From contig CBDFJF010000002.1 of the NCBI GenBank assembly GCA_965248265.1, positions 3,840,001-3,904,000 of the forward strand: DNA of 64,000 nt, in the 5' to 3' direction. Below the pieces are notes generated by a model that made no database searches, had not been told where the DNA came from, and saw only the letters and a list, made by a program, of their open reading frames with translations. Shown here in pieces: positions 10,223 through 21,971 of this stretch; the first letter of the stretch is position 1; every line of letters starts with the position of its first letter. Position numbers and translations under genes: made by a program. The DNA is from Candidatus Latescibacterota bacterium. Its GTDB lineage: Bacteria; Latescibacterota; UBA2968; UBA8231.

Positions 10223-10906
10223 ATGTCAGACAAGCTGAAGGAAATCGCCGCTCGCAAAGCAGTCGAGCAGGTTCTCGATGGCATGGTTGTCGGTCTTGGG
10301 ACCGGCTCCAGTTCCAATTTCGCCATCCAGGCACTGGGTGAGCGAGTAGCTGAGGGCTTGTCCATCGTCGCGGTTCCCACCTCCGAGGCGTCGGCTCGAT
10401 TGGCCGAGCAGCTCGGCCTTGACCTTCAGAGTTTGGAGGACAACCCCGTCATTGACCTGACCATCGACGGAGCCGATGAGGTGGACCCTCAACTCGAACT
10501 GATCAAGGGGCTGGGTGGAGCGTTGTTGCGGGAGAAAATCGTCGCCAGTGCCAGCACCCGCGAGATCATCATCGTCGATCCGACGAAGCTGGTGGATCAA
10601 CTTGGAACCCGGTCTCCGCTTCCGGTCGAGGTTGTGCCGTTCGGATGGGCTCCCGTCCGCCTCCAACTGATCGAAGTGGCCGCGGGCGTCGAGTTGCGAC
10701 AGACGGCTGCAGGCGAAACCTTCGTGACCGACAACGGCAATTTCATTCTGGATTGTCGTTTCGAGGGCATCGAAGATCCTGCCGCGCTCGAACAGCGTAT
10801 CAACGCCATCTCGGGGGTTGTCGAGAACGGCCTGTTTGTCGGCCTTGCCGATACCGTCATCATCGCCCGCGACAATGGCTCGTGTGATGTTCGCGAGCGA
10901 AGCTAG
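10223..10906 (+). CDS. rpiA: Ribose-5-phosphate isomerase A
   Basis: GLGTGS, DGADEVD, KGLGGALLREK, TDNGN. Confidence 0.96.
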   Translation: MSDKLKEIAARKAVEQVLDGMVVGLGTGSSSNFAIQALGERVAEGLSIVAVPTSEASARLAEQLGLDLQSLEDNPVIDLTIDGADEVDPQLELIKGLGGALLREKIVASASTREIIIVDPTKLVDQLGTRSPLPVEVVPFGWAPVRLQLIEVAAGVELRQTAAGETFVTDNGNFILDCRFEGIEDPAALEQRINAISGVVENGLFVGLADTVIIARDNGSCDVRERS

Positions 10907-11349
10907 CGGTCGGGCGAAACGCCCACGCCGGTGACCCCGACGCCGTGCACGAACACGAGTTCACCCCCGTAGTAACTCGTCCACCACAGAAGCACACAAC
11001 CGCCGACAGCGACCACGATCCACATCACCAGGGGCCACCCCCCACTGCGCTGCAGGAACAGGGGCAACCGACCCAACGCCGTCGCCATGAACACGATGAA
11101 CACGATCGAGCCGAAGTCCTCGTGTTGCTGGATGAGATCGGCCACCTCGGGCTTGGAGCGGTACGGCAGAGCGGCTTCCGTGCCGGTGATGACGGCGGCC
11201 GAGCTGGACAGCAGCCCGGCGACCAGCAGGGCGTAGGCAAAGCGATGCCATTGCACCTGGTGCTTGATCAGGGCAATCAGATCGACGGCCACGCTGGCGG
11301 TCAGCAAGGCGATCGGGAAATGGACAATCAATGGATGCCAGTTGGGCAT
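10903..11349 (-). CDS. DUF2231-like membrane protein
   Basis: HPLIVHFPIAL, 4 TM segments, GGELVF.HGVG. Confidence 0.8.
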   Translation of the reverse strand: MPNWHPLIVHFPIALLTASVAVDLIALIKHQVQWHRFAYALLVAGLLSSSAAVITGTEAALPYRSKPEVADLIQQHEDFGSIVFIVFMATALGRLPLFLQRSGGWPLVMWIVVAVGGCVLLWWTSYYGGELVFVHGVGVTGVGVSPDR

Positions 11350-11531
11350 GGTTTTTGGATCTGGATGGGCTGAGAGGATCGGACGGTCGGCCGGATAACG
11401 GACCATGCCGCCTGAGTATCCGACATAGGGTGATGTGGTCAAGGTGGGTGGGTATTGAGGGCCGCCACCTCAGTTGATAGGTTTCGAGACCGGACACCAG
11501 AAGCAACCCGCAACCATTGATAGGCAACATT

Positions 11532-12842
11532 ATGTCGTCGGATCTGAAAGAGTTCATTCAGCAGACCCCTCTTTGCGACAGCCACGAGCATCTCAGGAAA
11601 GAGCAAGAGTGGGTCGATGATGGCCCGCGGGACGTGTTGGAGGATCTATTCACCAACTATCAGCCAGCCGATCTGTCGAGCGCCGGCGCATCACACGAGC
11701 AGGTCGAACGCTTGCGTGACGGATCGGATCCCGACCAACAGGGTCGCTTTGACGCGGTGCGCGCTATCTGGGAAGCGGTCCGCTTCACCGGGTACGGTGA
11801 GGCCGTGCGGATCCTGGCTCAAGAGCTGTACGGGTTGCATGAATGGAATGCCGCCGAATTCTCGGCTGCCCAGGAAAAGCTCGACGGTTGGCGACAACCC
11901 GGCGGCCGCTATCACCTGCTCAAAGAAGTGGCCAACATTGATCATGTTCAGACGGATGATTTTTGCTGGCCATGCCTGCCGGACGCCTCAGGGGCAGACT
12001 TCTTCTTCTACGATATCAGCTGGGCCGCCTTCTGCGATGGTCGCATCGACATCGAGATGCTGCATAGCGAAACGGGCGTCGAAGTCACGAACCTGGCGCA
12101 GCTGCGACAGGCGATGGAGAGTATCTTCGACCGCCACGCCGCATACGCCATCGCCGTGAAGGCGCAGCACGCCTACAATCGGACCCTGTATTGGCAAGAG
12201 CGTGACGACTCCTCCGCGGCCGCAGCGCTGAAGGCAGTCCTGGGAAGCGAAGAGCCATCCGAAAAAATCCGCCTGACGCTCGGGGACTGGTGCTGGGCAC
12301 GAGGTGTGGAACTCGCCATCGAGCACAACCTGCCCTTCAAGCTGCACACCGGGTACTACGCCGGCAACGACCGCATGCCCGTCGACCGCATAAAAGGAGG
12401 GAACCTGTGCGCCTTGCTTGCCAAGTACATCGATTGCCGTTTCGTACTCATGCACATCGCTTATCCTTACTCCGACGAGCTTATAGCACTCACCAAACAC
12501 TATCGCAATGTCTACGCCGATTTGTGCTGGGCATGGTCCATCGATCCTTACACCTCGAGCGATTTTGTTCGACGGTTCATCCACAGCGCTCCCGCCAACA
12601 AGCTCTTTGCTTTTGGTGGCGACACCAGCTGGCCGACCAGCGCCGTGGCCTATTCCATCCAGACTCGGCGCTGGCTGCACTATGCGCTCGAAGCAGAAGT
12701 CGCTGACGGATTGCTCTCGGAGACCGAAGCCATAGACGTCGCCGGCCGCTTGATGCGTGACAATCAGCATGCCTGCTTCAACGTGCAGAGCAAACGCGAC
12801 ACCTGTATCGCCGCATTGGCGGAAGGAGAAGCCCCTCGATGA
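11532..12842 (+). CDS. Amidohydrolase-family protein
   Basis: DSHEH metal motif, LHTG, LMH, FGGD. Confidence 0.8.
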   Translation: MSSDLKEFIQQTPLCDSHEHLRKEQEWVDDGPRDVLEDLFTNYQPADLSSAGASHEQVERLRDGSDPDQQGRFDAVRAIWEAVRFTGYGEAVRILAQELYGLHEWNAAEFSAAQEKLDGWRQPGGRYHLLKEVANIDHVQTDDFCWPCLPDASGADFFFYDISWAAFCDGRIDIEMLHSETGVEVTNLAQLRQAMESIFDRHAAYAIAVKAQHAYNRTLYWQERDDSSAAAALKAVLGSEEPSEKIRLTLGDWCWARGVELAIEHNLPFKLHTGYYAGNDRMPVDRIKGGNLCALLAKYIDCRFVLMHIAYPYSDELIALTKHYRNVYADLCWAWSIDPYTSSDFVRRFIHSAPANKLFAFGGDTSWPTSAVAYSIQTRRWLHYALEAEVADGLLSETEAIDVAGRLMRDNQHACFNVQSKRDTCIAALAEGEAPR

Positions 12843-14512
12843 CCAGTGACCTCAGAAAACACAGTGCGGCCATCGTCGACGGCCCCAGCCGGGCAGGCGC
12901 CCGGGCCATGTACAAGGCCATTGGGTTCGACGACGAAGCGCTCTCCAAGCCGCTGATCGGTATCGCCAACACCTGGACGGAAATCGGCCCCTGCAACTTC
13001 CACCTGCGGCGACTGGCCGAATTCGTCAAGCGCGGCGTGCGTGAGGCCGGCGGCACCCCGATGGAGTACAACACCATCACGGTGTCGGACGGCATCACCA
13101 TGGGTGTCGAGGGTATGAAGACCTCGCTGATCAGTCGTGAAGTCATCGCCGATTCCATCGAACTCGTCGCCCGCGGCCACATGCTCGACGGCCTCATCGC
13201 CATGACCGGATGCGACAAGACCACACCGGGCGCGACGATGGCCCTCGGCCGCCTCGACATCCCCTCGCTCATCTTCTACGGCGGATCCATCATGCCCGGG
13301 AAGGTCCAGGGCAACGACGTCACCATTCAGGATGTCTATGAAGCGATCGGCGCCCACGCCAAAGGCAGCATCACCGACGCCCAGCTCAAAGAAATCGAGG
13401 ACAACGCCTGCCCAGGAGCCGGCTCCTGCGGCGGCCAGTTCACGGCCAACACCATGGCCACGGCTGTGGAAATGCTCGGCATCGCCGCCATGGGTAGCGG
13501 TTCAGTGCCGGCGACTGATCCCGAAAAAAACGACGTCGCTGTCGAAGTCGGAAGGCTGGCCGTTGACCTCGTGCGCCGCGACCTGCGGCCTAGCCATATC
13601 GTCACGCGTCAATCCATCGAGAACGCGATCGCCTCAGTGGCCACGACGGGAGGCTCGACGAATGCAGTCCTTCACTTTCTCGCCATCGCGCACGAATACG
13701 GAATCGACCTGGAAATCGACGACTTTCAGCAGATCAGCTCCAACACACCTTTGATGGTCAGCCTGAAGCCGGGTGGACTTTTCGTCGCGCCCGACCTTCA
13801 TCGGGCGGGGGGCATCGGCTTGGTAGCCCAACGGTTGAAGGAGGCCGGATGCCTGCATGAAGACTGCACAACCGTGACCGGGCGATCGATCGGCACCGAG
13901 GCGGACGAGGCCACGGAGACCCCGGGACAGGAGGTTGTGCGGCCTGTCGACAAACCGATCAAGACCACCGGCGGGATCGTTATTCTGCGCGGCAACCTGG
14001 CGCCTGACGGATGCGTGGTCAAGCTGGCCGGCTACGAGCGCTCGACGCACAGCGGACCGGCGCGTGTCTTTGACGCGGAAGACGGTGTCCTGGATGCGAT
14101 TCAGGCAGACGAGATTCATGAAGGTGACGTCGTCATCGTCCGCTACGAAGGACCAGCCGGCGGTCCGGGCATGCGGGAAATGCTGCAGGTCACGGGAGCC
14201 ATCATGGGTGCCGGCCTGGGTGAATCCGTCGCCCTCCTGACTGACGGCCGGTTTTCGGGGGCAACCCGGGGATTGATGATCGGCCATGCGGCACCCGAAG
14301 CGTATCGCGGAGGCCCCATCGCCATCGTCCGCGAAGGAGATCAGATCAACATCGACACCGAGGCCCGGCGCATCGACGTCGACCTCACCGACGACGAGAT
14401 CCAGTCACGGCTCGCCGAATGGAAGCCACCCGCGCCTCATTACACGAACGGCGTGATGGCCAAATACGCAAAGCTGGTGTCTTCGGCCTCGGTCGGCGCC
14501 GTGACGGGGTAG
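12839..14512 (+). CDS. ilvD: Dihydroxy-acid dehydratase
   Basis: [43 protein letters not shown]. Confidence 0.96.
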   Translation: MTSDLRKHSAAIVDGPSRAGARAMYKAIGFDDEALSKPLIGIANTWTEIGPCNFHLRRLAEFVKRGVREAGGTPMEYNTITVSDGITMGVEGMKTSLISREVIADSIELVARGHMLDGLIAMTGCDKTTPGATMALGRLDIPSLIFYGGSIMPGKVQGNDVTIQDVYEAIGAHAKGSITDAQLKEIEDNACPGAGSCGGQFTANTMATAVEMLGIAAMGSGSVPATDPEKNDVAVEVGRLAVDLVRRDLRPSHIVTRQSIENAIASVATTGGSTNAVLHFLAIAHEYGIDLEIDDFQQISSNTPLMVSLKPGGLFVAPDLHRAGGIGLVAQRLKEAGCLHEDCTTVTGRSIGTEADEATETPGQEVVRPVDKPIKTTGGIVILRGNLAPDGCVVKLAGYERSTHSGPARVFDAEDGVLDAIQADEIHEGDVVIVRYEGPAGGPGMREMLQVTGAIMGAGLGESVALLTDGRFSGATRGLMIGHAAPEAYRGGPIAIVREGDQINIDTEARRIDVDLTDDEIQSRLAEWKPPAPHYTNGVMAKYAKLVSSASVGAVTG

Positions 14513-14517
14513 CTCTC

Positions 14518-15654
14518 ATGAATGGGAACATTCGATGCAGTGAATGCGATACGGACTACGGCACGACGACCACGGCGCACCGCTGCCCCGCATGCCAGAA
14601 TCCACTCACCTTCGACCTGCCGAGCCGATCGTTCCCGACGGACGCGATTACCGAGCGCGCCGCACACATGTGGCGCTACGCCGAAGCCCTTCCTCAGTTC
14701 GATGAACCGATCAGCCTCGGAGAGCCGGTTACTCCTCTGGTGCCGCTGCAAATCGGATCCCTCGATGTTCTGGCCAAATGCGAGTTCCAGATGCCGTCAG
14801 GTTCCTACAAGGACCGCGGTAGCGCCTTCCTCGCCAGCTATCTCAAACAGGCAGGTGTTGCCAACGCGGTGGAGGACTCCTCCGGCAACGCTGGCGCCTC
14901 TCTGGCCGCGTACATGGCGCGGGGCGGAATCGGGTTAAAGGTCTTCTGCCCTGACTCCGCCTCGGCTGGAAAGCTGGCGCAGATCCAGCTTCACGGTGCT
15001 GAAGTCGAGAAGATTCCGGGTGCGCGGCCACGGGCGACTGAAGCACTGCTGGAAGAGATCAAGCGTAGCGGCGCCGTTTACGCCTCGCACTCATGGCACC
15101 CCCTCTTCCTCGAGGGCTTGCGGACGATGGCCTATGAAATTGCCGAACAGCTGGAATGGTCAGCGCCCGACTACGTATGCTGTCCGGTTGGAGGCGGTAG
15201 CATTTTGCTGGGATTATTCCACGGATTCAGCGATCTGCTTGAGGCCGGTATCATCGAACGTCTACCCCGCTTGATCGCAGTACAGGCCGAGAATGTCTCA
15301 CCGGTGTGCGTAGCGTTCGCCGCCGATCAGGACGAGGTGGCCCCGGCAGCGGATCCGCAGCCGACGCTCGCCGAAGGCATCGCCCTGGTGCAACCCGCCA
15401 GACACCGCGAGTTGTTGCAGGCACTGCGCGCGTCGGACGGCCGTGCAGTGGCGGTCAGCGAGGAGGATATAGAAGAAGGAGTTTACGCTCTCGGCAGGAG
15501 TGGATTCTTCGTCGAGCCGACGTCGGCGGTAGTGTGGAAGGGCCTCGCCAGGTTGGATGAACAGGAACGCTTCCCGCACGGATCAACGATCGTCACTATC
15601 CTGTCCGGACACGGACTCAAGGCGAGCGAAAAACTGGCGCAGCTCATAGACTGA
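14518..15654 (+). CDS. thrC: Threonine synthase-like PLP enzyme
   Basis: N-terminal CxxC..CxxC, PSGSYKDRG, SSGNAGAS, VEPTSA, SGHGLK. Confidence 0.8.
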   Translation: MNGNIRCSECDTDYGTTTTAHRCPACQNPLTFDLPSRSFPTDAITERAAHMWRYAEALPQFDEPISLGEPVTPLVPLQIGSLDVLAKCEFQMPSGSYKDRGSAFLASYLKQAGVANAVEDSSGNAGASLAAYMARGGIGLKVFCPDSASAGKLAQIQLHGAEVEKIPGARPRATEALLEEIKRSGAVYASHSWHPLFLEGLRTMAYEIAEQLEWSAPDYVCCPVGGGSILLGLFHGFSDLLEAGIIERLPRLIAVQAENVSPVCVAFAADQDEVAPAADPQPTLAEGIALVQPARHRELLQALRASDGRAVAVSEEDIEEGVYALGRSGFFVEPTSAVVWKGLARLDEQERFPHGSTIVTILSGHGLKASEKLAQLID

Positions 15655-15688
15655 CCAGCTTTAGCTGTCCAGCTTTAGCTGTCCAGCT
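15655..15688. repeat. 14-bp tandem repeat CCAGCTTTAGCTGT, about 2.4 copies, between convergent genes
   Basis: Direct reading; each unit contains AGCT-TT-AGCT. Confidence 0.8.
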
Positions 15689-15702
15689 CGCTTCCGCCCC
15701 CC

Positions 15703-17169
15703 CTACCCAGCCTTGATCTGCTTCAAACGCTCGGCTTCGTCCGTGTTCTTGTAGAACGGATCCAGCGGAAAACATCCTGAGATCATGCCGTTTCTGGGTG
15801 CAGTGGTGCAATCACTGAAGGTGCGACAAATGCGTTTTCGCTTCATTTCGCCTGAGCGCAAGACATCGTCGGGTAGTTCGGGATACGACAACACCATTCG
15901 ACCCAATCCGACGAAATCCACGCTGCCCTCCCGCACCAGCGCCTGGCCCACGTGCGGCAGGAACTCCTGCAGGTAGGAATAGCCCGAGCCGACGATGACG
16001 GAATCGGGAAAACGAGACTTGATCTGGCCGACGACATCCAACTGCCTCGCCACGCCGACCAATGGATCCTCAGGAGGCTGATAACCATCCGACGGCGGGA
16101 ACAACGCCGGTCGCTGGATGTGCGGGTTGTAATACGGAGATCCGCAGGACAAATTAAACAGGTTGACCCCTCTGCCAGCGAGCATTTCGAGGAAGCAAAC
16201 CGTCTCCGTCAAATCGAAGGACATCGGATCATTGCCATCGACACCGAAACCGTATTCGTAGGGCAGACAGGCGGCGTATGGTTCCGGAATGCCCGGACCC
16301 AGTTTGCCGCCCTCAGCGCCATCGGGATCGGGACGGAATGGTACGAAATCGAATGCACTCAGGCGTACTCCGATCATCATTCCAGGGACCTGAGCCCGGA
16401 TACCCTCGATGATGTCGCGGCAGAAGCGTGTGCGGTTTTCGAACGAACCGCCGAAACGACCAGGTCGAGTGTGCGCACTGAGCAGTTCGTGACCCAGGTA
16501 CCCATGACAGTGTTTGACGTCGACGAATCGAAAGCCGCAGTCCGCGGCAATGCCCGCCGCTGAGACATAGTGTTCGATCAGTTGCTCGATATAGTCGTCG
16601 CTGATCAAGGGGTGATCGTCGCTTACACCAAATTTACCATCCAGGATCGGGTGATGATATGCGATGCAGGGCTCCATCCGGTCCTTGCGGAATGGACGAC
16701 AGAAGCGGCCTGAATGAGTCAGTTGCAGACCCAGCAACAGATCATCGGTATTGCCGAAACGCTGTGCGTGCGTGGCTAGCAGCAGCTGCGCGAGTTCGCG
16801 CATGCCGGCGCGATTCTCCTCGCGTGCCATCAGCTGGTTGGGATTGGCGCGTCCTTCAGGGCAGACGGCGAAGGCTTCCCCACCCCAGATCAGCTTGGCA
16901 CCGCTCAAACCGAAGTTGCGCCAACGCTGGCGCACGAAGTCCGTGGGCATGCCCTGCTCCGTCCCATCCCACCCTTCCATGGGCTGAATGGCGAAGCGGT
17001 TGCCCACCGACACCTCGCCAACCTGGCAACTCTGCGCCAAAGGAGACTCCGGCGCGGTCAGGATGTCGTCGTCGCAAGGGACCTTGATACCGAGAGACGC
17101 CGCATGGGCGCGAAAGGCGTCGGTCTCACGCAATGCCGACACTCTTTTGTATCTGGGTTTCTCGCTCAC
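15703..17169 (-). CDS. NADH:flavin oxidoreductase (Old Yellow Enzyme family)
   Basis: [35 protein letters not shown] start at 17169 overlaps the lgt stop. Confidence 0.88.
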   Translation of the reverse strand: MSEKPRYKRVSALRETDAFRAHAASLGIKVPCDDDILTAPESPLAQSCQVGEVSVGNRFAIQPMEGWDGTEQGMPTDFVRQRWRNFGLSGAKLIWGGEAFAVCPEGRANPNQLMAREENRAGMRELAQLLLATHAQRFGNTDDLLLGLQLTHSGRFCRPFRKDRMEPCIAYHHPILDGKFGVSDDHPLISDDYIEQLIEHYVSAAGIAADCGFRFVDVKHCHGYLGHELLSAHTRPGRFGGSFENRTRFCRDIIEGIRAQVPGMMIGVRLSAFDFVPFRPDPDGAEGGKLGPGIPEPYAACLPYEYGFGVDGNDPMSFDLTETVCFLEMLAGRGVNLFNLSCGSPYYNPHIQRPALFPPSDGYQPPEDPLVGVARQLDVVGQIKSRFPDSVIVGSGYSYLQEFLPHVGQALVREGSVDFVGLGRMVLSYPELPDDVLRSGEMKRKRICRTFSDCTTAPRNGMISGCFPLDPFYKNTDEAERLKQIKAG

Positions 17170-17948
17170 TGGTTTCGTCGACGCAGGTACAGCATGCCCG
17201 CGAATCCAACCACTATCAACAACAAACTGATCAACTGAGCCCCAGTAAAGCCGAACATGGCGATTGGATTCAGCCGAATGAATTCGACGGAAAAGCGCGC
17301 CACACCGGACAGGATCAGGTACAGAAAGAAGAGAATCCCCGGCGTCGTCAACCGCGTTCGCAAGGACCACAGGATGCTGAACATGGCCACCCCGGCCAGA
17401 GTCTCGTAAACCGGTGCCGGGTGGACCTTCTCAAGCGTCGGCACAACGCCATTGGGATAGGCCATACCCCAAGGCAGGTCAGTCGGGATACCGTAGTCGC
17501 CGTCACCGGCAAGCTGGCATCCGACACGACCGACACCATAGCCGATGGCAAGTCCCATTCCCGCCGCATCGGCCACCTCCAGTACACTGACGCCCCGGCG
17601 TCTTATCAACCAGACGATGGAGGCGGTCGCGACCAGGAAACCACCGTACCATGTCAAGCCGCTGCCGGAAAACACGGCGCTGATCATTCCGGACAGCCCC
17701 GCGCCGGCCGGCACCTCGAAGACGACGAAGTAGAGCTTCGCCCCAACCAACCCTCCGACGATGGCGGCCGTCAGCATGGAGGAAGCAAGCTCCGGATCGA
17801 TGGCCTTTCGGATGAATTCTTTCTTGAGAACCCAGTAAGCCACCAGAAAAGCCAGGACGACCATCGGGCCAAACGTGGGTGCTCGAAAGCCACCTATCTG
17901 ATACGGACCAATCTGAAAAGGGTCGATTTCCAACCAGAAGGGATACAT
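17166..17948 (-). CDS. lgt: Prolipoprotein diacylglyceryl transferase
   Basis: [41 protein letters not shown]. Confidence 0.9.
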   Translation of the reverse strand: MYPFWLEIDPFQIGPYQIGGFRAPTFGPMVVLAFLVAYWVLKKEFIRKAIDPELASSMLTAAIVGGLVGAKLYFVVFEVPAGAGLSGMISAVFSGSGLTWYGGFLVATASIVWLIRRRGVSVLEVADAAGMGLAIGYGVGRVGCQLAGDGDYGIPTDLPWGMAYPNGVVPTLEKVHPAPVYETLAGVAMFSILWSLRTRLTTPGILFFLYLILSGVARFSVEFIRLNPIAMFGFTGAQLISLLLIVVGFAGMLYLRRRNQ

Positions 17949-17962
17949 TCCGACGCGATGCC

Positions 17963-19684
17963 TTAGAGCACTTCGTCGGTGAGCAGATCGTCACCGTCAA
18001 CTTCTGACTCGAACTCAGACTCGTCGCCCCGCACCTCGTCTTTCAACACGTGCCGCCGCAGCCCGGGGATGTGGACATCAGTCATATAGGAGGGCCAGTC
18101 AATGCGGGTGACGTCGGTGTTGAACAGCTGCTGCTCCGCTGAGGGCATCTTCTCGTACATCTCGCGTGTGCGTTTGGTTTCGAAGGCGCAATGCAGATGG
18201 GTGTAGGGGTGATAGATGTCGGCGTAGTAGAGTACCCGTCTGAGCCTGACCTTCAACGATGCCAGCAAACGCCGTTTACGCGCATCAGCCATCTGCTCCG
18301 GGAGTTTGCCGAGAATCCACTCCTGGGTAGAGATGGGGATAAGATATTTCAGGTAGAATTTGAACTTGAACCGCCGCACGCTGGGATAGGACCATTGTTG
18401 CAAGCTGGGAGCCCGTCCGTCACGGTCGCGCAACGGGTTCCTCAAGAAATGATCGCGCACGCTGGTGAACAGGGTCGTCAGCCGCGCCGGGTTCTCCGAC
18501 CCGGTGGCCACCTGATAGATGCGCACCTCTTCTGCGACCGCCTGCGTCGCCGCAGCCAGGGTGGCGTTAACGACGACGTCCACGGGAATCAGATCGAGGA
18601 TAAGATCCTTCTCTGCTGGAAAATCCGGCAGCAGTCCCCGCCCGTAGGCCGTGACCAGCGGATCCATCACCTTGAGACCGGTAATCCATCCCGGCTCCGG
18701 GTCAACGAGGCTGCTTTCGATGATGCTCGGCCGCACGATCGCCAGCACCTGATTCCCCCTGCGCTTGACCAGCATCTGCTCGCCGAGTGCCTTGGTAAAG
18801 GTGTAGATATCGTTCCAACCGTAGCCCTTGGCCCGGGCCATGCCTTCGCTCACCAGTCGCTGCTCGATCCACTTGTCACGACGGTCCTCAAGCAGGCGCG
18901 CCAACCGCGCCTCCGTCAACTCGTGCTTTCGACGCTCGGATCGTATGGCTCGAATGAACTCGGCTTCCCGTGCCGGACTCCGTGCATCCTCATGGACTGA
19001 GAGGCAAAACTCCTCGCAGTCCGCGATTTCGGCCTCCGGGTCGAAGTGACCGGGCACACCTGCGAGCGCGGCAAATCTCGATTCGCCGGCCACGTGCGAG
19101 GCTCGTCCGTTCCGCGAGAAAAAGTCCACCACATCGCGAACGGTGTGTCCGGCAGGCAGCAGTTCCTCGGGGATGGATCCGGTCAGCTGTCCGTTCACGT
19201 AGGCTGTCGAGATGTGGACGAAGTCGACCTCTTTGTGACAACTGCGGGCCAAATCCAGCAGAGCCAACGGCCCGTTCGTGTTCATCTTCAGCGATATATC
19301 TAACGGTTCGTCGAAGACGACGGTCGCCGCAGAGTTGAAAATCGTGTCCACTTCGAGTTCCAGGATCTGCCGCTGCTCTGGAGAAATGCCAAGGCCAGGT
19401 AGGGTGAGGTCGCCGGCAATGGCTACGACCTTCTCCCGTGCCAGGGAAAACTCGGCGGCATTCCTCTCCCGCAAGGAGCTGAAGACACTCTCTTCGAAGA
19501 ACTCCTGCAGGCGCTCTGTCGCCGATACGACAACGCCATCAGCTCGCTTTTTTGGACGAATCAGAACGAAAATACGGCGCACCGTGTTTAGATCGGCAAG
19601 CACTTTGGCGACCAGGGCCTGGCCGACAAACCCTGTTGCACCAGCCACGAATAGGGTGCGGTCTTTGTAGTAGTCGTTCAGCAT
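17963..19684 (-). CDS. Fatty acyl-CoA reductase (NAD_binding_4 plus male-sterility C-terminal domain)
   Basis: GATGFVG, NSAATVVF, HISTAYV, YTFTKALGE, IVRPSII, DLIPVDVVVN, IDW..Y...HIPGL. Confidence 0.88.
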   Translation of the reverse strand: MLNDYYKDRTLFVAGATGFVGQALVAKVLADLNTVRRIFVLIRPKKRADGVVVSATERLQEFFEESVFSSLRERNAAEFSLAREKVVAIAGDLTLPGLGISPEQRQILELEVDTIFNSAATVVFDEPLDISLKMNTNGPLALLDLARSCHKEVDFVHISTAYVNGQLTGSIPEELLPAGHTVRDVVDFFSRNGRASHVAGESRFAALAGVPGHFDPEAEIADCEEFCLSVHEDARSPAREAEFIRAIRSERRKHELTEARLARLLEDRRDKWIEQRLVSEGMARAKGYGWNDIYTFTKALGEQMLVKRRGNQVLAIVRPSIIESSLVDPEPGWITGLKVMDPLVTAYGRGLLPDFPAEKDLILDLIPVDVVVNATLAAATQAVAEEVRIYQVATGSENPARLTTLFTSVRDHFLRNPLRDRDGRAPSLQQWSYPSVRRFKFKFYLKYLIPISTQEWILGKLPEQMADARKRRLLASLKVRLRRVLYYADIYHPYTHLHCAFETKRTREMYEKMPSAEQQLFNTDVTRIDWPSYMTDVHIPGLRRHVLKDEVRGDESEFESEVDGDDLLTDEVL

Positions 19685-19864
19685 AGTACAGGATGGTCTC
19701 GGCGATGCTCGGGCTAGCATCGAACCGGGTCGACTTGGCTACGCAGTATTGCAGTTTCGCGTAAGCCTATATTAATCTGGGAGTTAGGTTGGAAATAACA
19801 TGCGGAAAATATACCGGTTCAGCGGCCAACACACAAGTCTGCAACAGTCACCAGGAAATGGTGT

Positions 19865-20035
19865 CTAGTCAGTAGGACTCTCTCGCTCACGGGTTGAGTC
19901 GCCCTGCGGATCGGCCTCCGCTGTTTCTCTTTTCAACCCCTGCCCTGTTATGTATGGGTGCGGCATCACGGATTTCAACTCGTCGAGGTCCGAGGTCTTC
20001 TTTTTTCGTTTTTTGTCTTTATCCGGCTTTTTCAT
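19865..20035 (-). CDS. Small basic hypothetical protein (56 aa)
   Basis: MKKPDKDKKRKKK..; fills the intergenic gap; no family recognised. Confidence 0.35.
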   Translation of the reverse strand: MKKPDKDKKRKKKTSDLDELKSVMPHPYITGQGLKRETAEADPQGDSTRERESPTD

Positions 20036-20199
20036 CGACTCATGCACGCAACCTTTCGCCACGATGGAATAATCGGTAATCTGCTTGGCTCGTGCACGTT
20101 TACTTGCCTGTGTATTTCCCATTGGCTTTATTCCGGACCCCGATCGCCCGGCCAAGGATATGTCAAGGAGCTGATTCCTCGATGACGAAGGGACTATAG

Positions 20200-21171
20200 A
20201 TGGCTTCACGGGTGCAGAAGATCCGCCTGGGGTTATTTCTACTGATCTCGATCAGTGTCCTCGTCATTTTCCTCGTGATCGTGACGGGTGTCCAGGTACT
20301 GAAGCCGCGGGATCAATATTTCATCGAGTTCGCTTCATCCGTCGGCGGACTGACGAAGGGCAACCAGGTAAAGTATCAGGGGCTCAAGGTTGGTCGCGTC
20401 GAGAACACCTTTATTGACGACGAGGATCTGGGTACCGTAGTGGTCGAGATATCCCTCGACAGAGCGAAGGTGACGAACCTGATCCGCACCGACACCCAGG
20501 CCCAACTGGTCTCACAGGGCCTTGTCGGATTCAAGCACATCGAGCTCATCGCCGGATCTCGGGAGGCTGAGGTCCTGCCACCGGGATCCAGGATCCCATC
20601 TTCGTCAACCAAGCTGGCAAACCTGGGCGAATCGGCCCAGGTGCTGGCGGAGAAGCTGCAGCGGCTGGTGGATAACGCCACTTACCTGACACGACGCGAG
20701 AACAGCGAACGTCTTGGCCTGGCCCTGGATCAGAGCGGACAGCTGATGAAGCGGGGGAATCTCATCGTCGCGGACAACCGGGAATCTATCGACGCCATGT
20801 TCGACAACATGGCTTCCATGACGGAGTCGCTGGCGGAAACCGCCGTGCACCTGGAGGCAACGATGGATTCACTCCACCAGATTGTTGCCGACGGCCACAT
20901 GCGCGGCACGGTCGAGAATCTGCACCTGGCTGCCAAAGCGGCTCGGGCGCAACTCGAGGGGCCGGTGCCCGACCTGCTCGCGCACATGACCCAGGCGACC
21001 GGCAACCTCGACACGACTATCACTCACGTGGACAGGGTGGTCCTCAAGGGGCGCAAGGACTTCCTCGACGCCATGGCCAGCCTGCAGGAGACGCTGGAGA
21101 ACATTCGACAGGCGACGGAAATCATTCGCGAGAATCCCTCAGTGTTGATCCGTGGGACGGACAAGGAATGA
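20200..21171 (+). CDS. mlaD: MCE/MlaD-family substrate-binding protein
   Basis: N-terminal TM, SVGGL..G..V.YQG..VGRV, QGLVG..IEL, helical tail ending NPSVLI. Confidence 0.88.
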   Translation: MASRVQKIRLGLFLLISISVLVIFLVIVTGVQVLKPRDQYFIEFASSVGGLTKGNQVKYQGLKVGRVENTFIDDEDLGTVVVEISLDRAKVTNLIRTDTQAQLVSQGLVGFKHIELIAGSREAEVLPPGSRIPSSSTKLANLGESAQVLAEKLQRLVDNATYLTRRENSERLGLALDQSGQLMKRGNLIVADNRESIDAMFDNMASMTESLAETAVHLEATMDSLHQIVADGHMRGTVENLHLAAKAARAQLEGPVPDLLAHMTQATGNLDTTITHVDRVVLKGRKDFLDAMASLQETLENIRQATEIIRENPSVLIRGTDKE

Positions 21172-21971
21172 CTTCCGTCAGCCGCCACCACCGCACCCTG
21201 TACGTCATGCTGATGGCCAGCCTGCTGCCGGCCTGTTCGCAATTGCTGGGGGGAAAGGCAGTCATTCGGGAGAACAGGAAGTTCGTCGTCGATGATTCCA
21301 TTCCTCTCCGAGTCTCTCTCCCGAGTTCCCAGAGGCCTTACCCTTATAAAGTCGCGGTCGAGCGTTTCGATGTCTCCCGCCTCTACGACCGCAGTCAGGT
21401 CATCTATCGGCTTTCGCCTGAAGAAATCAGGGAAGACAATTATCTGCGTTGGGCCAACCGCCCGAGCGATATGATCACGGATGCCGTCGAGGGGTACCTC
21501 AGGCAATCCCTGCTTTTCAAGGATGTCCGCCAGGAATTCCTCGAGGAGCCCGATTTCACCCTGAGCGGTACCGTCAACAAGATCGAGCGCATCGACAGCG
21601 GTGACCAGTGGTACGCCAAGCTGGCCCTGTCGATGCAATTGACGAACAGGGACGGAGAGGTGATCTGGCGGGGCGACTTCGGTTTTGAGGAACCGGTGCA
21701 GGTATATCACGAAGATTTCGTGCAGTCAGTGGCGAAGATGAACCAGATGCTACACGGGTACATGATGGAGGCGGTCAAGGGCATCGATCTGCAGATTCTG
21801 CTGCGCAAGTACGACAGCGAAAACAGGCCGATCGAGCAGATTGAGCAGTTGTTGTCCGAGTACGAGAACGGAAGCGCTACGACGGCGGAGAGCGACTCGC
21901 TCGACGCGCGCGCTCGGCAGCTCATCCCGAGTAGTGATTACGAAGTGATCCCCGGAAAACCGACGCCATGA
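21168..21971 (+). CDS. PqiC-like ABC transport auxiliary lipoprotein
   Basis: Lipobox LPAC, YDRSQVIYR, RWANRP; follows the MCE gene. Confidence 0.75.
   Translation: MTSVSRHHRTLYVMLMASLLPACSQLLGGKAVIRENRKFVVDDSIPLRVSLPSSQRPYPYKVAVERFDVSRLYDRSQVIYRLSPEEIREDNYLRWANRPSDMITDAVEGYLRQSLLFKDVRQEFLEEPDFTLSGTVNKIERIDSGDQWYAKLALSMQLTNRDGEVIWRGDFGFEEPVQVYHEDFVQSVAKMNQMLHGYMMEAVKGIDLQILLRKYDSENRPIEQIEQLLSEYENGSATTAESDSLDARARQLIPSSDYEVIPGKPTP

Noticed and set aside
15703-17370. 555-aa OYE start from the ORF track
   Set aside because: It overlaps lgt by about 200 bp; GTG 17169 coupled to the lgt stop is more plausible.
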